Positions 50,395 through 62,600 of a DNA stretch of 64,000 nt are shown here, piece by piece. The position numbers and the translations under genes are program-made. Position 1 is the stretch's first letter. Every line of letters starts with the position of its first letter. The notes below the pieces were generated by a model. That model saw nothing but the letters and a program-made list of their open reading frames with translations. It ran no database searches and was not told the DNA's origin. The stretch covers positions 27,218,001 through 27,282,000 of the forward strand of contig JANJGN010000026.1 in NCBI GenBank assembly GCA_026770705.1. The letters run 5' to 3'. Source of the DNA: Isurus oxyrinchus. Its lineage: Eukaryota.

Positions 50395-51480
50395 TCTGGC
50401 TGGCTAGCGGACAGCAGAGAGTGTGTATAAATGGCTCTTTTTCGGATTGGCAGGATGTGACGAGAGGAGTCCCACGGGGGTCTGTATGGGGCCTCATTTT
50501 TATACGATTTACATCAATGACTTAGATGATGTGCTTGAAGACATGCTCACTACATTTGAAGGTGACACAAAGATAGGTAAGAAAGTATGTTGCGATGAGG
50601 ACATGAGGAGGTTGCAGATGGATCTAGATAGGTTGAGTGAGTGGGCAATGACCTGGCAAATGGAGTTTAATGTGAGAAAACGTGAAGTTGTTTACTTTGG
50701 CAGGGAGAACAAAAAAGCAGGGTATTACTTAAATGGAGAATGACTGCATAATCCTGATGGGTGGAGGGATCTAGGTGTTCGAGTACATAAGTCACAAAAA
50801 GTTAGTTTGCAGGTAGAGCAAGTACTTAAGAAGAATAATGGAATGTTATTCTTTATTACGAGAGGGATTGAACATAAAAGTAAGGATGTTATGTTTCAGT
50901 TATACAGGGCATTGGCGAGGCCGCACCTTGAATACTGTGTGCATTTTGGTCTCCTTATTTAAGGTAGGATGTAAATGCACCAGGGGCAGTTGGAAGGAGA
51001 TTTACCAGATTGATACCTGGAATGAGTGGGTTGGCTTATGAGGAAAGGTTGGACAGACTGGACTTATTGCCACAGGAGTTTAGAAGAGTGAGGGGTGATT
51101 TGATTAAAGTATTCAAGATCCTGAACAGCCTTGACAAGGTGGACGTCGAAAAAATGTTTCCTCTTGTGGGTGAGTCCTGAACTAGCGGGCACTGCTTCAA
51201 AATTAGTGTTCGCCCTTTTAGGACAGCGATGAGGAGAATTTTCTTCTCTCAGAGGGTTGTACGACCTTGGAACACTGCCTTGGAAGGCAGTGGAGGCGGG
51301 GCAGTCGAATATTTTTAAAGCAGAGGTAGATAGATTTTTGTCAGGCAAGGGGATCAACGGTTATCAGGGTTGGATGGGAATGTGGAAGTCAAAACACAAG
51401 AAGATCAGCCATGATCTTATTGAATAGCGGAGCATGTTTGAGGGGCCGAATGGTCAATTCCTGTTCCTATTTCTTATTTA
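50395..51480 (+). mobile_element. CR1 LINE RT C-terminal fragment plus tail
   Basis: TIYINDLD..FEGDTKIG..LQMDLDRLSEWA..WQMEFN. Confidence 0.9.
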
Positions 51481-51843
51481 ATCAATTCTTATTCCTTTGA
51501 AATCCTATTTTGTGATGGCTGTGTGTGAAAGTGGGAGAGGAGGTGTTGTTAAACGTTAACAGCGATTTCAACCAGTTCAGCTGTTTTTGTCTTAAAATAT
51601 TCAGGGAACGTTAAAGCATTTAAAAAACGTAAAAAATACATGGACTAATCTGACACCGAAAAGCACGATATAATGGGGCACGTGGCAACAATTGGAAGAA
51701 ACTGCGAGTCCATCTGTTTGTTCCCTGATCTGTAACTGAGCTGCAGATTGTTTCTTAACTGTCCCTCTGGAGACTCTCATTTAGAATAAAGGAGGGATGC
51801 TATTTTGCACAGCTGCGGTAATTCCTTGAGCTTCTGAGAGACG

Positions 51844-53718
51844 ATGCACGGCCCAGCGAAAGGCCTCTTCTTCGCTATTTTCTGTCCAATTCTCGCTCTT
51901 ATTGGTGCCCCTGGTAAGCGATGGATCCCGAATAAATGTCTGTGTCAATGTAAATTTCCAGAAGATTTGGACTCTTCACTTCCAGGGTCTGAATGTTAGG
52001 GACTGAAACCGTGCTCCAACGTATATAGGTGCTCTGGATGATATTATACAGTGTTATGCTGCTCTATTTGTGCTAGCATTATGGGGCATTACAAAATATT
52101 ATTCAATTTATTATGCTCCACATTTAGAAAAATGCCTTTTATTAGAATGCTGAGATATGAATTGCAGTGTTTGGCTTTACCTGAACATTAACCTGTCATA
52201 TAGTTGGAGCATTGCGTTTTATTCTAAACCAGTCAAATGCAATCCAGTGTTTTGAGTGTTGCGCAGGATCATCCAGTATCTGAATGTACTGACCTGTATT
52301 CTCTGATCCTATCAATGTACCAGAAAGTGAATAATTACAGTGTTATCTTATATATTAGATAAATTGTAATATAAAATACTTTTAATGATAACACAAATAT
52401 ACAATGCGATCTCTAGAATAATGTAAAAGTTATGGTATAATGAGTTCCCACCGTACCGTCCTCATTGTTAATGTGGGCTTAGGAATTAATTACGGAAAAG
52501 TTTGAAAAAGGTGAGTGGAGATTCAAGATTTTTAATTTGTTATGGATTTTGTATTGTGCTGGTAGGCCTTGTGAATGTTAGTTAATTATATTTTTAATCG
52601 TTAACGGGATGTAGGTGTCCATGACAAGGTCAATATTTTTTGCTCATTCAGATAAAAGCAAAACACTGCGGATGCTGGAAATATGAAACTAAAATAGAAA
52701 ACGCTCGTAAAACTCAGCAGGTCTAGTAGCATCTGTAGAGAGATAAATAGAGTCAACGTTTCCAGTCCGTTTAACCCCTCTTTTTATCTCTCACAGCCAA
52801 CTTGCTGGGGATCGTAATCCTATCCCGAGGGTGATGCGGACTGTCCTGGTGCATCATCTACTACCTGGTGGCGATAGCAGTGAGCAATTTCCTGGTCATC
52901 ATCACCGCCGTCATCCTTAATCAGATCGGCCGGATCTACTTTCAGGACAGTGTCCTGTCCACTACTCCCGCATGCGCACTTAGTGCCGTGCTGGTCTTTG
53001 CCACCCGGGATATCTCAGTCTGGCTGACGGTCGCCTTCACCATCGACCATTTCGTGGCCATCTGCTGTCAGAGCCTGAAGACCAGATACTGCACTGAGAA
53101 AACTGCGTTGCTGGTTATAGGGCTGGTCAGTGTCCTGTGCTGTGTGAGGAACATCTCTTATACTACTTCACCTACCAGCCTTTGTACATCCAGGATGGGG
53201 TGCCCTGGTTCTGTGCGGTTAAGCCTACTTATTACACTTTGCCCATCTGGCAGGTCTACGACTCACTGGACCTCATCTTAACTCCTTTCCTCCCATTCCT
53301 CCTCATTCTGCTGCTCAAAGCTCTGACTGCAAGGCACATCTTAGTGGCCAGCAGAGCCCGCAGGAGGCTCCGGGGCGCCGAGAGTTACGGAGATCAGGAA
53401 ATGGCTAAGCGCAAGAGGTCCATTGTCCTGCTTTTCGCCATCTCCCTCAGCTTCCTCCTCCTGTGGGTCACCTTTGTTGGACATTTCCTCTATATTCGAA
53501 TTACAGGCGAGGGCTACCTGACCAGCCTGGGTTTCAATGACCCGCGGTACATCCTCCAGGAGACAGACAACATGCTCCAGTTAGTCAGTTCCTGCAACAA
53601 CGTCTTCATCTATGCAGTTGCCCAGAAAATGTTCCGGGAGGAGCTGAAGAAGGTGCTGATGTGTCCCTTCACTACCGTCACTGGCTGTTTTAAACACGGT
53701 AAAACGTTCTCTTGTTAG
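51844..53718 (+). pseudogene. GPR139/142-like GPCR pseudogene, inverted relative to the other two (exons 51844-51913 and 52797-53718)
   Basis: Exon 1 MHGPAKGLFFAIFCPILALIGAP G|GTAAG; exon 2 ANLLGIVILSRG then TGA; frameshift near 53150; otherwise close to the intact copy. Confidence 0.9.
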
Positions 53719-54212
53719 TTCACTTTCATCATAGTGGTTCACTATGTAGCAGCTCTTTCGCTCTCTCTCCTTCACTCTCTCTCTCTCTCTCTGTCTTTCT
53801 CCAGAACCAGAAAGTCCTGGGCTGAAGCTCTCTTGCTTGAGAGATGTCAGCCTCATACTCCAGTTCTGACAGTGTCCCTTTGGCCCTGAATGAACACTGA
53901 ACTATCGCAGTTGCTGCCCGCCTGTTTGAGACATTAAACCACTGTGAGTATCTGCCCTCTCATGTGGAATATGAAAATCCCATGGTCGCAATTTCAAAAA
54001 GGAGTATGAAGATCTTTCACCAGGTTCCTATAACAATTGTCCCTCATTTAACACCATTGAAAACAGCCATTATTTCTCCAATTATATTTGTGGGATCTTG
54101 CTCTGTGCGCATTTGCTGACGTGTTTCCTACATTACACTGCGGGAAACACTTGATTGGCAGGAAAACACCTTAGGAAATCCTGAGGTCGTTTTTATCCAT
54201 TTTTCTTTGTCT

Positions 54213-54724
54213 NNNNNNNNNNNNNNNNNNNNNNNNNNNNNNNNNNNNNNNNNNNNNNNNNNNNNNNNNNNNNNNNNNNNNNNNNNNNNNNNNNNNNNNN
54301 NNNNNNNNNNNNNNNNNNNNNNNNNNNNNNNNNNNNNNNNNNNNNNNNNNNNNNNNNNNNNNNNNNNNNNNNNNNNNNNNNNNNNNNNNNNNNNNNNNNN
54401 NNNNNNNNNNNNNNNNNNNNNNNNNNNNNNNNNNNNNNNNNNNNNNNNNNNNNNNNNNNNNNNNNNNNNNNNNNNNNNNNNNNNNNNNNNNNNNNNNNNN
54501 NNNNNNNNNNNNNNNNNNNNNNNNNNNNNNNNNNNNNNNNNNNNNNNNNNNNNNNNNNNNNNNNNNNNNNNNNNNNNNNNNNNNNNNNNNNNNNNNNNNN
54601 NNNNNNNNNNNNNNNNNNNNNNNNNNNNNNNNNNNNNNNNNNNNNNNNNNNNNNNNNNNNNNNNNNNNNNNNNNNNNNNNNNNNNNNNNNNNNNNNNNNN
54701 NNNNNNNNNNNNNNNNNNNNNNNN
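54213..54724. other. Assembly gap (N run)
   Basis: Run of n. Confidence 1.
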
Positions 54725-54815
54725 TTTATTTCTTTCTTTATTTTCTTCCTTCCTTTCTTTCTTTCTCCTTCCTTCCTTTCTTTCTTCTTCCTTCCTTACT
54801 TGCTTTTTCCTTTAT

Positions 54816-55009
54816 NNNNNNNNNNNNNNNNNNNNNNNNNNNNNNNNNNNNNNNNNNNNNNNNNNNNNNNNNNNNNNNNNNNNNNNNNNNNNNNNNNNNN
54901 NNNNNNNNNNNNNNNNNNNNNNNNNNNNNNNNNNNNNNNNNNNNNNNNNNNNNNNNNNNNNNNNNNNNNNNNNNNNNNNNNNNNNNNNNNNNNNNNNNNN
55001 NNNNNNNNN
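54816..55009. other. Assembly gap (N run)
   Basis: Run of n, preceded by a pyrimidine-rich simple repeat. Confidence 1.
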
Positions 55010-56560
55010 ACTTCACGGACACAAGTTCCACTAACGTTACTCTTAACACTTAAAACAAAGTATTTGATGGGTTGGGAAGTGGGATTTTTGAGCATTGAAT
55101 TGTGATCTGGCTTCTGCTGCATGAAAAGGTGCTGGATGCACATTCAGTAACAAGTTTCAAAAGTTAATTTAGTATATTCTAGGGCGACATTTGATTAAGA
55201 ACAAGTAACTATAACTAACTGGCTTGCTCTTTCAGAGACCGGGCATACACGCCGTGACCAACTGATTTGCTGTTTTGCTTCATGGTTGCAAACAGCGATA
55301 TTTGCGACCTCAGGCCACACGAACTGTCTCTCTCGGTGAATAAAGTGCTTTTTGAGAAAGGTTGAATCAAATTTGTGCAGCCGCAGGTCCTTAATGTCAT
55401 GCTTATCACCGAAAGCCATCGATCAGTTCATCGTTGTTTGGGATGAGGGGCTTATTTTATGAAGAAATCTTGAATAGTTTGGATCATTAGCCAGTGGAAT
55501 TTAGAAGAATGAGAGGTGAACTTAGTGAAACATATAGGAGCGGGGGTGGGCGGGTGGGGAAGGGGGTGGTGCGGGGTGGGGGGGATGGTGGTAGTGGGGG
55601 TGGTAGAGGGGGAGGTTGGTGCTGCGTCTTGACAGGGTAGGTACTGGGAGGGTGTTTCCACATGTGGGAGTGACCAGAACTGGAGGACAGAGCTTAGGAT
55701 TAAGGGACCTACCTTTAAGGGGGAGATGAGGAGATATGTTCTTCTCTCAGAGGGTTGTTTGTATGTGGAATTCTCTTTCCTAGAAAGCAGTGGAGGTGGT
55801 CATTAAATGTATTAAAGGGTGATTTATGTTGTGCTAATACCATGTGTTAGACAGATTTTTGTTAGGCAAGGGAGTTAGGGGCCAGACAGGAATATGGAAT
55901 AGAGACCACAGACAGATCAGCCATGAACATATGGAATGGTGGATCAGATTCTGTGGGCTAAACGGCCCACTCCTGCTTAAAGTCCCATAGTCAAATATTT
56001 ATTTGTTTGGCGAGAGAGTGTTGATGGGTGCGGGTGGTCTGAAACACAGAGTGACAATGACATAGCCCAGTGTAACATAAACAGCAAAATGGGACAGCCT
56101 AGTGTGATAAGAGCTAAAAAATTTTCAATTGTAACATGAACAGAGCCAAAATGTGCCCTCACCTAATCACAGAATAAGATCTAATCTCATAAAAGGTGAT
56201 CTGGTTTAATCTAATAGGTACAAGATCTAATAAGTCAATAACAGAGATAGGAACTAAGCTAATATAAAAGTGCACATTCTCTACTTCACTGAAAACTGAG
56301 GCAGGGAGTTGTATTACGTAAAAAGAGACAAGCTCAATTACAATAATAAATGAAAACGGATCTTGTGTGACGTCAACAATGGTATTTCCTTGCACTAAAT
56401 GAAATAAGGCAAGGTCTAATGCGATATTACCAGCAACATGCTTTTGTGAACATTCAGAATGATGTGTTTCGTGCTTTGTGCACACTTCTAACCTTCATAC
56501 GAATTATGCAAACATGCATAATGCAACACATATGTACATGATTTACTTTCACACACGCAA

Positions 56561-56578
56561 ACACACACACACACACAG

Positions 56579-56616
<38 letters not shown>
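56561..56616 (+). repeat. (CA)n microsatellite
   Basis: Direct reading. Confidence 0.95.
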
Positions 56617-56620
<4 letters not shown>

Positions 56621-59135
56621 TTGGTTGGGCATAACACCAGAATGAATTAGTGTACTTTTACACACCACGTTTTGCCCCTAAATAGTGCAACGTACGGCGC
56701 TCACAATAAGGGACTAATCCCGCTTCCTTCTCAGAGATAGTTCAAAGATTCACCCCAACTTCTCCACCGCATATTACATCCTGAGGATCTCAGAAAGTGA
56801 CATGTTCATACTTGTTTCCAAATATAGTCGATATTGGAGGGCATAAATATTATTTACACAGGGGGAGGAGGAAATATACAATTATTTGTCAGGAAGTTTT
56901 GCCAATCTGAGTCTATCTGGAATAAAGAAATCGCGGAATCCAGGTAGTTTCTGGAAAAATTCAATTTGTGGCCAATAACAAAAATTCCATTATGTCACAA
57001 AATGATCATCACATCTCAACATCTGTTTATGAATAATGAAGGAACCAATCTGGATGAAGAAATTGCTGGTTCTCTTCTTCGGAATACCGGGTGCCATTGG
57101 ACCATGAAATGCAATGATTCCCAGAGCTCATTGTCGAAACCTCCTTTGTTATAACACCTGTAAATTATGTACAAGCTCTTGCCCTGAACATACCATTGTA
57201 TGAAGTGAAGTTCACGGAACAAAATGATGTTTCCTGTTATCTCCTTGGCACCAGGAAACGGATGCTTCAGCACATGTTGACCAAAGGTGAAATGCTGGAG
57301 CGCCATCCTGCGGAAAAGGATGACTCTGAATTTCGACCCGAGTATTGCTGCATGATTTTACTGAATTATTATTACGTGAGACTGTAATGAATGTTATTAC
57401 TTTGATTATACTATTACTATAACTTCTCTATTTGTTCTTTTCCATTCGCTGCTTGCTCTTTTACATCATTCTGCAATTATTTGTCTCAGTTTTCTTATGT
57501 GTCCAATTAATTAAACAATATATGCTCATTTGCATTCTCCTTAATGATTCCACCATTATAAAGTTAGGTTGCAATTTGGTTAAAAAATAAATCAGCCTGA
57601 CCAATTCGTTAAGCATCAAAGGCGGACACAACATTGAATAGGTCCATCAATTACGGGAGATGGGTATTTTGCTATTTCTGTGTTTGAGTGTGTACCCGGG
57701 TGTGTGTGTGTATGTGTGTGTGTGCGTGTGTACGTGCTGTTCACCAGCCAAGCATATCACTCAGGGACATCATTGGTTACACACCGAGAAATTCTCCCTT
57801 CACATTAACCTATCAAACACTGACAGGACAGGTGCTCCACGGTTATGATACAAAATACATCTCCATCTACACTGCTCAAACACTCTTATCCAGAGTCAGT
57901 GCGGCATGGGTTAAATGCAGAGTAAAATCTACCTGTGCACTGTCCTAAAAACAATTATAGGGCAGATAGAACAGGGATGAACTGAAGGGTGAATCTCCCT
58001 CTACACTTTTACCATCAAAGGCTCCTAGTCCACTCCATCACGAATGAATGTAGAGATATTCTGGTTCGGTGAGCGCCAATTATGCGCGAAATTGTGAAAT
58101 TAATTAACTTGTAACTTCTAAATCATCTGAAATAATATTTTATTCTATCAAATTACTGAGATGGTATACTTTACACATCCAAATTACATTTCTAAAGGCT
58201 TGTGTGCTTCTCACATCTGAAGCCCGTAACTTGTTGTCTCCTCAGTCCCCATGCCCAGTAAGTTCTCATATATGCTCCTTGGTCACATATGCTTATAAAT
58301 GCTCTTCATTTCACGGTATCTCACTTCACTGTAACATAACGTACAATCTGGCAGCTGAACTGTGTTAACAGTGAAAGTGGTGTAGGCTACCTCACGGTTC
58401 ACAGATACTTTAAACCTTCTCCCAACTCATGTCTGTATGTGAAGGCAAGATACTCGAGAGCTTAATTGCAGAATTGTCAGTACCACAATACGAGTCCTCG
58501 TCCAAAAGTCCTCCTATACATCGATATCTGAAATGTCTCCGAGTGACAAAAGCAGCTGCGAAAACAAGAGTAACATTAACTTCATGATATATGCAAGCAG
58601 AAGTAAATAAAGTGCTTGCAGATTTCAACAACATAAGCGATCTATCTATCTATCTATTAACCACATAACTATACATCTTTCAATCTATTCGTCTGCCTTT
58701 CTGCCTGTGTGCCTGCCTGCCTCTCTGTATATCTATCGACCTAGCTGCTCAGGGTGGGAGCACTGATCCTCACACTGAACACTGTGAACAAAAGAAAAGT
58801 CACTCACAAACTTAACGGTATTAAGACATTATCCAACTGTCTGTCTATATATTTATTTCCTTGTTTTTCTAACTTTCTCCCGCATTTCTATCGATCTAAG
58901 TATCTGAGGGCAAGATTTATTTTTCTGTCCGTCTTTTCATTTTTTTAAGTTGAACAACCACGCATAGAAATGTTTACTTAATGTGTTTCGGTAATCTGGA
59001 GCTGTAACACCAGCTATAGGATATTGTAATTTTAATTTTAAACATGGGAGCGTAACATTCCTGAATATTACCAGCATTTCGAAAGGTCCTGGGTTCAGGA
59101 AAGGTTAATGGTGCAGCGGACACACGTCAGTGAAC

Positions 59136-59446
59136 AAGGCATTGGAAAGGGGAATCTCTTTTTGTCTCACTGTGTCCCCATCGCACAGTGACAAAATCTG
59201 ACGCCCTGGACCGCAGTGTTAACTATAGACATGGTATTGAACGTCTTCACTCCGTCAAAAGACGGTGTGTAGCGTCCTTTGGACATATTCCCCTGGTAAA
59301 TAGAGGCGATAAATTTCGCCGCCCCTGTCGGTGTTTGTACCAGACAACGGTACCGCCTGTTCCAACTGAGAGCCGATAATCCAGTTCAATCCGTTCCCCT
59401 TCCAGAGGTAACATCAGGGTGGGAGCTCTGATCCTCACACTGAACA
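59136..59446 (-). pseudogene. TCR V pseudogene V12
   Basis: Acceptor ttcacag; LEGERIELDY..VVWYKHRQG..; ends HCAMG followed by a perfect heptamer CACAGTG (59168-59174); nonamer decayed; frameshifts. Confidence 0.75.
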
Positions 59447-60813
59447 CTGTGAACAAAAGAAAAGTCACTCACAAACTTAACGGTATTAAGACATTATTAA
59501 AAAAAATGATGAGATGAATAAACTGACATTATCAACAGCAACCGGGCTTTAACTGGAAACAGGCCTTTGAGGGAGTTTCTGTTCGTAACGATGAGGATGG
59601 ACAAAAGGCGGATCAATCAGGGTCTGATTTCCAGAGTGAGGCTGGCTGCCGAGCCCAGGACCCTCAATGGTGGGGAGGGGAGGAGGAGGAGACGAGAGAG
59701 CTTTACATTTTCCTCCTACCGTGGGTGACTAATGGGCGACATTCGCACCGATTGGACTGTTATGGGATGTCATTATCTGACGTAACTCACGGTGCCACTG
59801 AGCGATTGGCACTTTCTCAAACCAGAGACCACTTGAACTGTCACAGCTCACGGATTTCTCTGCTTCCGGTGTATCAACGGGTTAAATCTTTCATAGGATT
59901 TGTTCTCTGTTGCCTTTCTAACTGAAAAGAGCCATTCGCTTAGAATCATAAAGTCTTCCGGCACAAAGAGGGGCAATTCGGCCCACTGTCCTTGTGCTGA
60001 CTCTCTGAAAGAGTTATCAATTTGTTCTTAATTATCTGCACGTGGTCTGCATGTTTTGTCTGCTTAAATTTCCTTTTACTGGACAAATATTTATCCAGTT
60101 TCTCTTTAAAAATTACTTATAAATTCTGCCTCCATCACTGTTTCTCATGGACAATCATATCTTCTAACAGTGCACTGCTCAAAAAACATAAGTATTCGAC
60201 CCTCGATAACCTGAAATGACGGCATCCAGTTACTCACTGACTGAAAAACCAGATTAAGGCTATTTCTTTTTAACCTTTTAAAACCTTCCTGGATTGGACA
60301 TAAGTATGTCAGACCACATCTTAACATTCCCTCTCATGGTGAAAAGACTGCCAGTAGCTCAATTATTTGTATTATCATCCCTCGCCCTGCTTTATCTTTC
60401 TCAGTCAGTCCTACACTCTGATTTTGAGGTTAACACCAAGCGAAAGAAGAGTCCTAAGACTGGCCCAAGTGTTTGAACTGTGTTCTCAACAATGATAAGT
60501 GCAGCTTTATCCTTGTCTTTTTGTGTTCTACATTCTGCATCCCTGTTTACAACCTCGGATTATTTAGCTCTTTAAGGCAAACAGCAGCTTGTTCCCCACG
60601 TTCAGCATCTGAGTCCTGAATGATTTTTCGTCCTCTACTCGTTTAGATTAATATCTATTTCTTAGTTCCTTTCGCATTTCATATACTTTACATTTTGTGT
60701 TTTTTTTTGTATTAGACAGACAGAAATGTTTGGTTGCACTTTGGAAAATTGCCTCATTTGTTCTTCTGACGTTCCTTTCCTCCATTTGGAGGAAAAAAAC
60801 GAATTGGGCAGAC

Positions 60814-60827
60814 GCGCCACCTACTGG
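60814..60827 (-). promoter_or_regulatory. CTCF-consensus motif
   Basis: CCAGTAGGTGGCGC on the minus strand. Confidence 0.65.
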
Positions 60828-62344
60828 CGGAAAATTTAGTTTGTCGAATCTGTCTAACTCGACATCAGTTCCTGAAATGTCCTACTTTTTAAAATTACCT
60901 TACTGTGGAGGGATTAGCTGCTACGCGAGATACTTAGCTGAACATGGTGGTAAATATTGTAGATATTGCGATTTTATCTATTTCATTTGAAGAGAGAGTA
61001 AATGATACAAATGATGTTTAACTAACAATAAAACATACATCCTCGGTATCCTCGGGCGTTGATGGTAATTCTGATCCTTATTGTCCATCTGCAAGTGAAC
61101 GCTCCAACGTCTGGACCTCCCTACGTGACACTTCAAAAATGTCGCCTGCCTTGTTTGGTGCATCCCACTGAAATCATGTCCCATGTGGGCAGAGAATTCA
61201 GTAGGGAAGTTAACAATACTAATGGGATGTTTAACATCCAGGCAACAAGGACACAAGTCAGAGGAAGCCCTGAATGAAAAGTAGAAAGGCGTAGTTAGAC
61301 CTTACTCCATGAACACCGTTTTTAGTTATCGCTGTCAAGTACAAGTGAGGTCATTGAAGCTTGGCTGTAGTGCAGGGGTGATGCAGGAGGTTGATTCTTC
61401 AGTTTGAAGAGTTTGAGTTGAGAGGAAAAACAAAACCAGTTTTTTTTAGCACTGTTACCAACTGATTGTTGGTCGCACAGAGACTGAAAGCCGGATGAAC
61501 AGGACTTCGCTCTAAATTACAGAGTCCAAAACCAGAGAATTTCTTTAGTAATAACTAGGAGGAATTGTAGGGGTTCCGGGTTGCCTGGAAGAACACATTA
61601 AGATGGGACAAACGGCTGCCTCGTCAGCCAGTACCTTATAACTTTGAAATTGGTCTGCAGTGACAACGCCAAAATCACGAATGAGCAAATTACCCTTCCA
61701 CGGTTTCTGTACTTTACTAATTAAGAAACAGCAGCCTCTTGTGTGGTGATCGACTGTGGCTATCTTTCTGTGCGCGCTTATGTGTAAATGTGTGTTTATC
61801 TGCCTGCCTCTGTGCTGGTTTCCAGTGTTCTCGGTGAGGCTTGTGCTGTCCAGCGGAGGGCGCTCTCTCATCACTTGATACTCTTTCGAGCACAAACCCA
61901 TTTCCATCTGTTTCAGATGAAGTTACATTGTTTCATAGTTTGCCATTGTGAGATTTGAACTCTCAATCTTGGGGTTACAAACCCAGTACCATAACCACTT
62001 GGCTATTTAGGCCAAGCTTCTCATCACTTGATAATGATCAAGATCCCCAGCTACAGGAAGTGGCTGTTCAGCGAGATGCAAATAGAAGAAATTCCCACTT
62101 ATCTGCTGCGATCTCGGCGACGTTTCAGTTTTATTTCCCCCCCAGGTGATTAAAGTTTCTGATTCTGGAGCTCAGGCTGGCACCACGGAGGTGAAGTTCT
62201 GCCTATTTTTGGTTATTACCCTGACCACTGGTGCGTGATATTGGGACTTCTCTACAATATTCCCCCATAATTGTATAATTTCCCAACTCCACTCCGATGT
62301 GATTACTTCGTCAAACCCGTCGTGTGTCCTCTGTTTATTATCAG

Positions 62345-62600
62345 AGATGAGTGACAGGGATTCAGTGTCCCATCCAAAACCGGAAGTCGCGTCAGAAGAG
62401 TACCCGGGAATTTACATAAAGACTACAGGAGAAAATACGTCCTGATACTATCGGGATTCTCTAGCTAATATCATTATTTTCAGAATAAGGAAAAGTGTAA
62501 TTTCTCAATCGTTTTAAGTTACGGTCAAGTTCGGCTATTTCAAACCGTAGCGTTAGCAGAGACCTGTAGATTTCGGAATGAATAACAGAATCGGTTTCTG
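62345..62600 (+). pseudogene. Highly decayed TCR V relic V13
   Basis: Acceptor ttatcag, then MSDRDSVSHPKPEV (compare DSVSQP), *YYR at the Trp position, and RPVDFGMNN (compare xxEDSxxYYC). Confidence 0.45.

Noticed and set aside
54207-55143. ORFs spanning the N runs
   Set aside because: Artefacts of assembly gaps
61740-61940. Leader-like VAIFLCALM|GTAAAT plus a short exon as a V relic
   Set aside because: Intron of only ~40 nt and no WY or YYC motifs
18038-62600. Assignment of the V segments to IgH, IgNAR or NAR-TCR V
   Set aside because: Frameworks (DSVxQ, LYWYRQ, YYCALR-type ends), CRE-type promoters and lack of an evident octamer fit TCR alpha/delta V; there is no FGXG/WGXG J or C exon in the window
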